From: Asterias rubens
Lineage: Eukaryota
Length of the DNA: 64,000 nucleotides
Assembly: GCF_902459465.1 (NCBI RefSeq)
Contig: NC_047070.1
Span: forward strand, 13,454,001 to 13,518,000
Reading direction: 5' to 3'
In this document: piece after piece, positions 36,621-49,595 of the stretch
Position numbering within the stretch: position 1 is the first letter of the stretch
How the letters are laid out: every line of letters begins with the position of its first letter
The notes under the pieces: model-generated
Seen by the model: only the letters and a program-made list of their open reading frames with translations
Told to the model about the DNA's origin: nothing
Database searches by the model: none
Position numbers and translations under genes: made by a program

Positions 36621-37045
36621 GAGAAGCAGGCATGCAAGGGCAGGCCTGATACTTCACGGAGGCAACGAAGGCGATTGCCTCCGTTGCCACTTGCCATTGC
36701 CTTGGTGCCCTTGAAATGCTCTCAGTAGAAATTTTCAATTTCCTCATAGGGTGCTCTTTACCAAGGAAAAATGCCTTGGTGCCCTTGCCGCTTCAAAAAC
36801 GAAGAATACAGGCCTGCAAGGGCGCCTTTGGCTGCCAGCTACATCAACCCATTATGACCACGGAGCCCAGCCAAGATCGAAAGTGTTTGATTTTTTCCAA
36901 GGGAGGAAAACTGGATGGTTTGAAAAAAAAACATGGCACAGAAGAGAACCAACGCACAACTCATCTCACATAAATATACTGGCAAGGAATCAAACCAGGG
37001 TCCCCTTGGTGAGAGGCTAGCGAGTTACGCAAAAGCCAACCGATT
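36621..37045 (-). mobile_element. V/Meta-type SINE interrupted by MITE H (36641-36816)
   Basis: SINE matches 526-752; H has CAGGCCTG termini and a caaggg TSD. Confidence 0.75.
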
Positions 37046-38277
37046 GAAAGCATTGTTGCGCTTAGCTTGTTTTTTTGCTTAATCCTGCTCTGCTTAACGC
37101 TTGGCTAGTAGTACAGCGAACCCCACAACCAAACAATGCATACAGTAAACACAGGTTCTACTTTGAAGATTTACACAATCTGATGTGGAACAGACACACT
37201 TTCTTTAAAGATTTCAAATCCAAACCTCCTCCTAAATGTTGAGTCACACTTTGAAGTGTTTTGATTTTGTTTACTGCATGTCTGCATAGAGTATACAACT
37301 ATTGACTTCTTTGAGTGCTAGTCATGACAGTTAAAACTACGACCCCTGAGGTGATCTCTCTGGATCATGCCATTTTCCTGAGCAGGGCTCAAAATTTTAC
37401 ATTGGATCTCAGGTCAGAGGCCATAATGCATCAAGCCAGTAAACTCATGACAAGTCCGGGCGTTGTAGAGTTTTTTAATTGATAATAATAATACCTCAAT
37501 TATAACCTTAACCTTACTAACTACGTATTAATAACTTGAACAATAAACAACAATGCTCAAAATGTCTTTCATTAACCAAATTTTACCTTAAAGTTTGTAT
37601 TTAGTGCCTGTTCAAACCAAAAATATTGATAAACTATTTAGGCCCAAGGGTTTTAACACTGTGTAGATTTTGTTCTCATTTTATTTCTGGTCTGCTCTTG
37701 TGACACAAATTCTGGTTCAGTGAAAATTTTAAGCAATACATTAATTATGTAAAAACCCCACAGTCTTGTTCAAAGATTTTCCGGCCGATTTGACCTAAAA
37801 ATTAAAGTAACATTTTAAACAGCTTTTTTTTTCAAAGTAACTTTCATAACCATATTGCACATATAAATCAAGGTCTACAACTTACAAGATTAGTCATTAG
37901 TGCATGCAAAAACAAACCATTGAATATTATCACGAATCCTAACATTATCTCACAGCCATCAAACATAACAAACAAATTTACATGTTACAAAGTATTTATT
38001 GCATTGTTCGCTTTTCCTTTTGAACTGGCACGGTCATCTGTCAATATTTGTTCAGAGAAAAGTAAATTATAAAAACTAGGGCCTATACTTCGGCTAAGAC
38101 TAGGGTCATGCACTTTTAACTGCCTGGAATTAGTTTAAATGTCGAAAAATATTCTTCAAGAAAAGTAGGCTATAGAAAATCTCACAGCTACCAATAAATT
38201 CACACATAATTTCATGACCTTTAATAACCTTTAATGACCTTTAAGATTTTGATTTAGTTTAATATGATTGAACTCAC

Positions 38278-38507
38278 CCACTGGACTCTTCTACATGTTC
38301 TAGCAATCGTAAATCCTCCCTGCTGTGGGGAGCTTCATTTCCAGCATGACTATGCGGATGGTATCCACTACTAGAACTCTGCAGCATAGAGTCCAGGGAA
38401 GCATGATCAAAAGGGACTGATCTCTCATGAGATATCTGGAGATTTGAAACACTCGCAGTACACTCGTAACTCATCTCACTTGAGTAATGTTGTTCCAAAT
38501 ATATTCC
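38278..38507 (-). CDS. Candidate distal coding exon, possibly an alternative N-terminus of the MUN-domain gene
   Basis: ctttttccccCAG acceptor, GTgagt donor, 230 nt open frame with ATG at 38474: MSYECTASVSNLQISHERSVPFDHASLDSMLQSSSSGYHPHSHAGNEAPHSREDLRLLEHVEESS; ends in phase 2. Confidence 0.6.
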
Positions 38508-41500
38508 CTGGGGGAAAAAGGAATTAGAAAAACCAGTGAAACAATCATGAGTGGCAAAGGCTGCAAAAACAACTTATAAAAACTGGAAATAAGGTATTGC
38601 ACAATGAAGGCGAGAAGATGACATACACAAGTGCACAGTTTGTATTCCAATCGATCGAAAGTGCAAATCTGGTAAAATTGGTTTCAGTGCATCGACTTGA
38701 CAAACTTTCTATTTAGGTATTTTCTTAACACTTTTGAGCTCACACTATGTATACAGAAAGTGTACAAGGTGGTTTGGGCTCACATATGCACTCTTACAAA
38801 CTAAATTGAGCATGTTGAAATTTTTAGATTTAAATGCATCATGTTGTGTTTATTTGCTACGATGTTCCCAAAAATGGAACTCTGAACAGCAACCACAATG
38901 GAATATGCTAAGCTGGCAACAGTCAATCTCTTTCAACCATTGGTTTAAAACATCTAGTTTATTTTGCACAACCCAATACATGTAGGTTCTTCTCGTCAGT
39001 TTGAAATCAGTGACCTTTCAGGTTAAAATGCTTTTAAACCAACACTGGACAACAATAATCATCAATCCAGATGGAAAAATTCTCAACTGTCCATTACTAG
39101 CACCAATTATTAACAAAGGGAGTCTGTATTCTAAATTAATATTTTAGGGCGATTGATTGAGCGACGAGCACACCTTTGGAACATCCCGCAAAAATTGTTT
39201 CAGCTTAGTCCTAAGAGAAAATCAGTTGTCTGTAGTTGCACACAAACATGGCGGCGCGCAGAACCCCAAATCATGGAGGTTTCTACCTCCATGCCCAAAA
39301 AATGGTAACAAATTGTCTCATGTTTATCTCTATTTTTCGGAGGCCAATATTCTGAGTTTAAAATTAAACTTAACATTCTCCAGTTTAAGTTTGTATAACA
39401 TTATTGTATCGTGTACGTACTGTAAAACTGTATGTTATGTACAACAAAATAACCGGCCACACCATGTATCTGTTTAGCCCTGGTAGGACGTCAGTGTTGC
39501 CTGCAACAGAGGATTCCAACCTGGGCTAGTATCTGTACTACTGAAACATGACCCATTCTAACTTCTGTACTGTATCATTGAAACAATACACAATACGATT
39601 AGTTGTATTCCATCATATCAGCCAACATAACATGACCTCAAGGACAAAGACTTTCTCTTCGGGCTGGTGCTCTACTTACAATGGTTGCTCTTCTTGTAAT
39701 GATATTGGTAGTGATACAATTACTTTATTTAGTAATCATAACAGTAACACTGCCACACTACCTAGGCTAACCTTCACTGACACTTGTAGTGACAGTACAT
39801 GCAGTGACAAAGTCTACACAAACAGCAGGACAAAACTTTGTAAAGACAACTGAACAGTTGTTCATTTTCATAGATTTGTCGTTATTTAATCATATTTTGT
39901 GTACAAAAGAAACATTAATGGGCCACCAAAAGAGGCATGGCAGACAGTTAAAATACTTACCTAGCTACTTTTACAATCCTCAACAAACCAATACAAAATC
40001 TATATCAAACATGGTTTATCTGTGCAGAATACAGGGACCCTTTCTCTCTGATCTGTCAGTGTCACTGCCAGCATGTAAAAACTACTGGGATACATTGTGT
40101 TTCATCTCAGCTGTGTTTTGCATTCGCGGTTTTGGACACAAAAACACGGACATCATTGCGAGCGCCCTCTATGGACCGTGCACGTCTAATCGCTCGGTGG
40201 CGCGTACTACTAATAAGTTTGCAGCAGAGCCGTTTCTGGTTTGCAGCAAAGATCATAGAGCGCCATAGGCGCTATACGATCTTGGTTTGTCCGAATTCAC
40301 TACCCCCCCCCCCCCCACACCCGACGTAAATTATACGTGCTGACTCAAATTGATTCGGATTTAATCTAATCTGAATTATGTAGTGGCACAGCATCTTAGT
40401 GGCACAATTTTTCAGAAGAAAGCTCAAAACGGGAGAAAAACAATCTGGCACGGGGAGCGAAACTACAAACAGAATCCATGCAGGGCTTCGGTCCGGGGAA
40501 TCTAGGCCTAGACATGGTCATTGTGAAAGGCAGAAGAAACCACCCGGCCAATCTTAAGTCGGCAATCTTCATTTTATGTTTGGGCATTAGAGCGTTCGGT
40601 GCACCTACTTTGGTGGCGGGTGAGCCAAACCCATCCCGACAATTAGGTTGTGTTTGATCCGAAAGGAAATATTATTATAGGCATAACATAAGAAACAAGC
40701 ATAGTACCGTAACTGTACGTACAATAGTGCAGTAAATGCACTAGGGCCCATAACAAATTCAAGAACACTCAATTAAAACAAATTTACATTCAAGTAAAAC
40801 AAACAACCACTTTTACTCACACCCTATCGCCGAAGTTCGTAATTGATTTGACTTGGTTTGTCAATGTTCTAATAGGAAGCCCTATGGTATTATATATCGT
40901 AATTAGTCGTGTATAAAGTATTACGGCGGAACCTGAGGTCCGGTGGAGGATGTCCACAAACTGAAGAAGGACGTTGAACACATTCAAGACAACATCAAAC
41001 CACGGATGGTAGCCTACAGTTATCCAAGCTTTATGTTAAAATACTCTGGAAAGGGTGAATAAAAAAAAAAAAACATATTATTGTTAAACTCCAGTGTTTC
41101 TGATCAGCAGGGTGCGGGGTGCAAGTCCAAGTGCTAGCATCTGTGTTCCTGGGAACGATAATATTTTACCACTGTGGTGTCCAATGACCCATTGAGCCTG
41201 TATGTAAAATAACCCATAGCACTTATCATGAAAGAGTACTGTGGATTAAAAACCCCGACCCCACCCCCTGTGTTTAGTGGTTCACCATTTGAAGGACAAA
41301 CTAATAGTAAATGCACATTACAGCGCTACCCAGGCTTGCGCGCTATTATGATGAAGTTCACTTTCAACCAAACGAAGAAGAGTACGAATCAAAATCGAAA
41401 CACCATACTATTTTCGCAAAATAACAGGATAGGATGCTTACGCCCTCTGTAGTTCGTTCATACTACATCGAAGCTGAATCTGTCGCGCCGTTAATTCATC

Positions 41501-42371
41501 TAAGTCGAGCGTTGCCCGATCTCCTCTTCTCCTTCTCAGGACTGGACAGCGATAGCATTCATTGATGCACCAGTGTGCTGATCAGGGACGTAGTGCCGTC
41601 AAGTGCTGATCCATTGGCTTTATACTAAAGAAGTCAACGAGGACGCGGGTCCCCGTTGCTTCTTCTACTGGATGGGTTGTGGCAGTTGGTGAAGTTGTCC
41701 ATGTGCGATAGATTGATTTGGGTCTAGGCCGTCAGGGGTGGGGCCGTCAGGGGTGGCCTTCGCTTCCAAGTCAACTGGATATTCTGCACACCTTCTTATA
41801 AGATTATGTAGCCAAGGATTTACCGCTATTTGAAGAGTCTACCTATCCAGATTTTAATGACCTCTTCAAAGTTAACTTCTTGTGTATCAACATTCAAGGT
41901 AAACCAATAAGTTTCATGTGATTCTATTGTCAAGTAGTACACAATTTCTGTGATTATTTTTGTAATATCGTTTAGAAATGGCTCGATTTATTACAGTTCA
42001 ACATGCTCTTATTATACAAATAAAGTTGCGTGCCGAAGTTTAACTTGAGTGCAGTCTCGAAAAAACGGAAATTAACGTTACAAAGAAGTAAAATCTTTCG
42101 ACACGTGGTGACCAATAGTTTTACCGTTGGTCATTATCTATGGAAAAACACCTGAGTCATTCTTACATGTACTTATTATTTAGTTCATATTTACTAGTTA
42201 TTGTATTTTATTTCGCACGAAATAAACACAACTTACCATCCACTACAACACAATCCTTGAAAATCTGTCCGTAGCTCATACACCAAGCGTATCAATGAAC
42301 CCCGGCTTTAGGTCACGTTTCTTGTTATCGAATGCCTTTGACCGCCATCAGTCTCTGCTTTACTCATTGTA

Positions 42372-42718
42372 TTAAAGTCAATGGACATGTAGTTGTCAAA
42401 GACCAGTCTTTTTACTTGGTGTATCTCAACAAATGCATACATTTGAACTCTATTGATCGTCCAAGTTGCGAGAGAATAATGAAATCAAAAACGCCCTTGT
42501 CACACAAGTAGTGTGTGCTTTCAGATGCTTGATTTCGAGACTTCTAAATCAATTAATGAGGTCTCGAAATCAAATTCATTTTAGTGAGAAATTACTTCAG
42601 AGGGAGCTGTTTCTCACGATGTTTTATACTAGCAACAGCTCTCCGTTGCTCGTTACGAAAGTAAGTTTTATGCTAAAAATTATTTTTAGTGAATATCGAT
42701 AGTGTCCAGTGCCTTTAA
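42372..42718 (+). mobile_element. MITE family A, degenerate
   Basis: Interior and right TIR match family A. Confidence 0.8.
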
Positions 42719-43614
42719 GGCTCACATAAACAAGAAATACTGCGATGTATTTTCGTTTATGATGAAAAACCCGACCACTTTTCTCAGCTTGGCCCTTCTC
42801 TGTGAATACTCTCGGGTCAGAATGGACCTGGACCAGGTTTCGTGGGGCCTGACCCCTTTTTGGCACCAATGACACAGAAATGGTTCAAACTAATGCAGAT
42901 CATGAGTTTAAGGCATGGTATACAAAACCACCATTGTTTCATAGATCTGTTTGCCTCAGATGCACGAGAACTCAGATTCAAAGTGTCTATGTGAAACCAT
43001 TAGAAACTTCTCTAAACGTCACTTCAAATGGGTCATTTCTAACAATGTTTTATAATTTATAGAGCTCTCAAGTGCTCTTTTTCAATTTAATTCGGTTTAA
43101 TATATGGACATTTACTTGTGGGGGTATATAACTTTAAGTACACACTGCCTTTAAATCAAGTTTCCTGGTCCCTGATCCAGAAATGGGTCAGCCCGACCCG
43201 GAATCCGGGTCAATTCACCCCAGAGTAAACCCCCATGATACCCGGAGAATGTGACACACAATTTGACAATGATGTGTTTATCTCTGAGCATGCGTTCTGG
43301 AGTTGACGGAACAGCTCGGCTAGCAATTTGGTTAATTTTATGATCATAATAACAAATAACCACAAACCTTCTATAATTTTTTTTATAGGAATCACAATTG
43401 GTAGGCACTTTCATTTTCTTTTAAAGGCAAAAATAGAAAATGTAGATGGATCGGACGATTTCTGCATAACTGAAAGACTAAAAATCGTAACTTTTGGTTT
43501 TCGAATGTTTAATTATGAAATTATTAGTTTGTTGAAGTTGGAACCATTCAACGAAAAAACATTTATAAAAAAAAAAATCACCAATACGTTTTTAAATTTT
43601 TATATTGGTATTGA

Positions 43615-43973
43615 TTAAAGGCACTGGACACGTTTGGTAAAAATTTAGGCTTCTCAAAATATATGTTAGCATAAAAAAAACTTACTTGATAACGAGTAAA
43701 GGAGAGCTTATAGTATTTATATACATTGTAAGAAGTTAGTGACTCAATCTGAAGTAACGTAGTTTTTGAGAAATTAATTTTTCTCATTAAAATATTTTGA
43801 ATCTGAGAAAGACTTCAGGCCTAAAGCCTTTCTCCGGCGTCTGGAAGCACACACATTTGGGCATCAAACTTTCACAGTTTACCGTTAACTTATTTGGTTC
43901 ATACAAATATGTTCGGATACACAAATATGAGAATACCGGCTGACAATTACCAGACGTGCCAAGTGCATCTTAA
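43615..43973 (-). mobile_element. Divergent family A-related MITE
   Basis: ttaa-AGGCACTGGACACGTTTGG ... ccagacgtgccaagtgcatct-taa; interior motifs shared with family A. Confidence 0.65.
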
Positions 43974-44007
43974 AATAAACACATACAAATTTCACAAACA
44001 GGGGACA

Positions 44008-44250
44008 TTATTAATAATAATAATAATAATTACAGCATTTAAGGGCGCTAAATACGGATGTTTCTAAGCGCAACCAGATTGACAAAACAGATGGGTTTCA
44101 AGTTGAGATTTGAAAGTGTCCAATGAAGGAGTTGCTTGAATGTGGGTGGGTGGCTTGTTCCAAAGTGTTGGAGCTATGACTGAAAAGGCCCGATCTCCAT
44201 GGTGTGTCATGGTGCGGGGTCCCGGGGGAAAGCTGGAAATGAGCAATATT
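44008..44250 (-). mobile_element. L2-clade LINE 3' end
   Basis: PRTMTHHGDRAFSVIAPTLWNKPPTHIQATPSLDTFKSQLETHLF followed by a (TTA)n tail. Confidence 0.85.
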
Positions 44251-47042
44251 GATACCTTCCTGCGAACTTCCTGCGAAAGGTGTTTAATAAAAACACCATC
44301 CATTTTGAAGTCGAAGTTGCGTGGAATCCGATTGGTATGGCAAGGCTCGCCGTTTAATCACGCTGTCAAAATGAACGTCTGTCATTTGAACTAAACAACA
44401 AATCAAAAATGCCCATAGACCTTGGAGTCATCGCTTTAATTCCTCCCAGTCCAGTCTCACACTGCTCTTACTATCGGCTGGTTCGCGCAGCTTGAGTTTC
44501 TGAAATGTCTTGAAGGAGAAAAGAAGTAAAGACCTTCTCATCATTAATATCAAATAATTATTATTCAGCCTTCGGGATCGGTTATGTCTGGCAAATTTTA
44601 AAGTGGGTACTTGGTGTGAAAGAATGTGTGAAATACTTTCTTAAAGGGACAACACAACCTTGGGTTTGGAAAAGTACATTCTCAGATCATCGACATAGCT
44701 CATGCAATGTGTAGAAAGTCAAAGTTGTTAATTTTACGTTGTAACTATTATGTGAAGCTCCCGGTTGTACAAAGTTTTCAACAGTTGTTTGAAAAACATA
44801 TCTCCATATAGTCAGTTGTTATTTTTTTTTTATAGATAAAGCACACTTCACAGCAACAAACATCTCTCACACGTCAAGTTTTAAAGGTGTATTATCATCA
44901 TGATGATTTTCCTAAAAGTATTGAATCATATACGATGCCTCTTATTGTGACGGACATGTCGCAAAGCTACGTTTGAGGCAGTTGAATTTGGTTAAGCCTT
45001 CATAATTTAGTTCAAGTCGTACCGTATTTCTCTATAATACAACTGCCAGGTTCTTGAGAAGGGAATCTCTCCGAGTTACGATCGACTCTTTTAAATCACG
45101 CGGACTCTATCCCGATAAAATCGCATTCTCCAATCGCCTCTTCGACTGATAAGCTTAACCTCACATGAGAAAGAAAAGTTCACGTTGAAATGTCGTTCAC
45201 CTGGGCGAATACTTTTCAGATATGCGTTTCCAACGTGTATAATATTTGGATACTTCATTTAAAATCGTCGGACAATAACTGCAAACACTGGGGTGTTACA
45301 ATTTACACCACGGAGTTATTTTAAAAGATGTGTCTTCGGTCACAATGAGGTTGTTATAATTGTAATTGATTAAAACAGAGGCGAAATAATGGTACACCAG
45401 TGAGTGTGAACTTACGTAAATTATTGTTTTATTGTTATTTTTTATTTTTCCCCCCTTTCTTTCTGATCAAGGCTCCTTTGTTGAGCAAAGATTTATAACC
45501 TTTTCTTAAGTTATCACAGAACCGGAGAGGTTTTCTTGTTTTTCTCCCATTAACCTTGATATTCAAACTTGGAGCAATTGATCACGACGCGTCTGAAATA
45601 TTAAACATTCCACTCCAATTTGTCCTCCCTTTATGTATACTGCTGTATAGTTATGCTTCCGACGCCGAGCAATGTGAGCGAAATTTGATACAGTATCCTT
45701 AAACAAAAAAAACTGTGCCTCTTTTTGTGAAGATTTCATGTTAAACCGGAGGCCATCCTCTTGAGAACGAGGTGAAAGACCTACTTCGAATCTCGTCACC
45801 AAGGCCGCACAATACCCCGGCACTCTTAATTCTGATTACAAACTCGCTCCCAGCATAATGATAAACGACAGGTTTCTAAAGTTGATACCCGAAGAAGACG
45901 AGCATCGGAAGTTCCACAGGGCGCTATCCTTTGTCTGCGGAATATATATTAAACAAACAGACACACTGTAGAGCCAGCTAACCCTATACCCTCCGCTGCA
46001 ACGCCTCCCGTGTGCTGTTGCACCTTGCGGCATTTCATTGGCAGCTGAAATTCTCTCGCATTCTCTCGTTCACTCTCTCTCTCTAGACAAGTGAAGAGAT
46101 TCATATAAGAACCAAGGCGGACCAACATTTGATTGATTGATAGGTGATACATATATGTTACCGTCGTACAAAAACGCTATGACTTCCGAGGCAGTAAAGT
46201 ATGGTTCTCTTAGCGTGTTGATTGTCTACAAAAACAGAAAGAAATCCAAACAAAATGTGCGTTTTCCCGAAGCGGAGATGTTTCCAATTGGTGAGTTGTT
46301 TCAACCAAAGGCAAAGAGATCTATAGGGAAGTATATATCTGTGTTCGATAACTTGTCTCATAGTCCCTGTATACAGAAATCTGACTTTGTCCAAGAATAT
46401 TCAGCAAGATATTTTGACCGAATGTTATGAACTATTACCGACATGGACCAATATGTCCGACACTAGAAACTTGAACCATTCTGTCCGACCAACGACAAAC
46501 CAAAATGTTATTTTTGTTTTTACACATTGTGCCTGACCAGCCATTATGTCCGGCCCACTGTATCCCACTATGTCCTGTTCCTGTTGTGTTTGACAGACCA
46601 TTAGGTCCGACCCATTATATCGGCAAAAGCATTGTGTCTGACCCAATTTGTCCAACAAATCATTATCGGACCCATTAACGTCCAACGGACCTTTATGTCT
46701 TCAGAGAAATATAAACCATTATGTCTGAACTACTGTGTCCGACGAACGACTGCGTCCGACACGTTTACGTTCTTCGAACACTAATGCCACGTCCAGTGTT
46801 TTACATAAATACGTCCGGAGTTGATCCGTCCAAATAACCATTGTCTCAGACCTATTACGTTCAACAGACCATGTCTGACCTATTACGTCCGACAAACCAT
46901 CATGACTAAACCAATAATGTCCAACCTAATGTGCCTGACGGATCACTTTATCCGTACATCCTTGTTTTAATTAAATCTCATTCCCCTATAGCCAGTTCAT
47001 GACTGTCTGTATAGGAATCTTTTCCCTCTATCATGCCACAGC

Positions 47043-47417
47043 TTCAAGGCAGTGGACACTATTGGTAATTACTCAAAATACTGTTCAGCATAAAACCTCA
47101 TTTTGGGGAGAGGTTGATAGTATAAAGCATTGTGAGAACGGCTCCCTCTGAAGTGACGTGGTTTTCGAGAAAAACGGTAATTTTCAACGAATTTGTTTTC
47201 GAGACATCAAAATACGAATTTGAGGTCTGGAAATCAAGCATCTGAAAGCACACAACTTCGTGTGATAGGGTGATTTTTTTCTTTCATAGTTTATCTCGCA
47301 ACTCCGACGACCAATTGAGTTCAAATTTCACAGGTCTGTTATATTATGCATATGTTGAGATACACTAAGTGAGAAGACTGGATTTTGACAATTACCAATA
47401 GTTTCCAGTGTCTTTAA
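47043..47417 (-). mobile_element. MITE family A
   Basis: Full reverse copy. Confidence 0.88.
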
Positions 47418-49595
47418 GGAAGCCTCGTTATGGGTAGAAGCAAAGAACCGTGAGATTTGGTAAGAGGCTGCATCACATCAGCCTCTCTTTCAATAACTTA
47501 TTTATATTAGGGAGTATTTGATTGTACATATGCATTTCGGTTTTGTGCTGCAAATTACAGATTTGAGTTTAACACAATCTCGAGCAAGATATTGGATTGT
47601 ATTATTGTTGGTTGTATTCTTGCTACTGTAGTATTTGGTTCCCCTTCTTTTAAACTGCAATCGCTGCTCGTTGCAGCCGGGCCGCTATGTAGTCCACATG
47701 TTGTCCGTAAATCCAAATGGCTCAAAATTAAGTTTAAAATAGTCATAGTGTGTGTTTCGGGACGCGGTACGTATGGGGCAACGAAAAATACTTATAATTT
47801 ACCTAAACTTGCAATACCTCCCGTGTTATTGGTTATACGAGTTGGTCTGAACCACAAATTAATGTGTTTTTTTAAACACCAGTCATCTTAATTATTTTAC
47901 AGGTGATGCGCAAAATATATTTATTAGCGAAGATCAAAAGAATCTCGTAGTTTATTAATGTCTACGTTCTCATGTTTGTGCCAAGAAATGAAGGGGAAAG
48001 GCAAGGGTTCTGAAAGGAGTTACTGTGAGCCTGTATACGCCATAGATGATAACATAATTATTTACAGTTTCGTAATGCAAGGGAGCCACAAACTTGAAAG
48101 ATCATCGGTAATAGGAATTATTGTATTCACAATGAAATATTTATAAAACACTTTTAAATAATGTATAATTAAGCCCAAAGGATGGTACTTAGTTGGCGGT
48201 TTCGATCCCAATTTGTGCAGTGTGTCATAACCAGTGCACAAACGGATACCAGGAACTTCTGAACTAATCGTGGAAACCGTTCTGCTCTAGAGCAAGTATT
48301 GAGGAAATACAATACATATTACTTCAAACACTTGTATTCACAGTGAATGGAAAACAAGAGAGGCAGATCCGTTGGACAATGTATGGTAGTTCAACATTAT
48401 CGTAGGACGTTGTCTATGTCGGACTGGGGACTGGGGCGCAACAACAGGTCTGTATTGTGATCTGGACCCAAACTGAAACAAATCACAGGGAAAACATGAA
48501 TACTGTCATAAGTAGTCTACAACACTTTGGCATATTAACCAATACAAATATCTCTCAAACGCCTTTCACAAAGATGTTTCAGCAAAGATGTCACTAAAGA
48601 AATTTCGATCTGTTACTTTCTAAAAATATCGCGACTTTGAAAACCGGGTTCCAGAGCTCAATCAAGTTGAGCAGTCGTCGTTTGTTAGTTTACGATGACA
48701 ATTGTGATCTTGTGAATGATTAAATATGATTTGATTTAATAGTAAATCATCAACGTATTTCATTTGATTCTGATTCCTAATTTCTCTAAGAAGTCCCAGT
48801 GTTTGCCTATATATTTACATATTTGTTTATGTATGTTGTTACGACCAATTATGCCTTTGAGAAAGACTCCGCTATGGTCAAAACGTCGGGTCAAGAACTA
48901 CAAATGCACCTACCGAGATGCCCTGCCAGCGAGACCAAGAAAATATTTTAGACTGGAGAATATTGGCCATGGCGGCTGGATAAGGTAAACTCGAAAAACT
49001 CGGACGAATTACATGTTGCAAAGGGCGTGACCTCTAGGTGTGTGTGACCCGGAAAGTGCTCAAACTGACCCGGAACCAAAGAAACTGACCCGGAATCTGG
49101 GACAATTCTAATAGGTGTAAATCAATGGCGCCATTTTGTCGTTTCAGAAATAGATGGCGTTTCAGAGAGAGTTTGTAACGGTATGTTTTTCATATTGAAC
49201 CTCAGCAGATTAAACATTTGGCATACATTTTTCTCTGTTCAAAGTTTTCTGACCAACATTTCATTTCTTTCATATAAGCTAGAGTTGCTCCAGTCTGGAT
49301 TATTATGGATATTTCGGGAGGTATTTATTTTGCAGAAGCTTTCATACACAGATGTAAACAGAGCTTGCCCAATCTAGCATCTACAATAAATCAGAACATG
49401 AATTCAAATCCTCTGATCTAGGCAACCTGGATTTCAGATAAAAAACAAAAAATGTTGAACTATTTTGAATAAGTCGTCATTGAGACTGACGAGTTGCTTC
49501 TAAAAGTGAATGGATGCTTCTCAACAGAACATGAAACTAGTGTGTGTTTAAAACCTTCCGAATTCAATGAGAGGCACTCGAGTAAACAAAACTCG

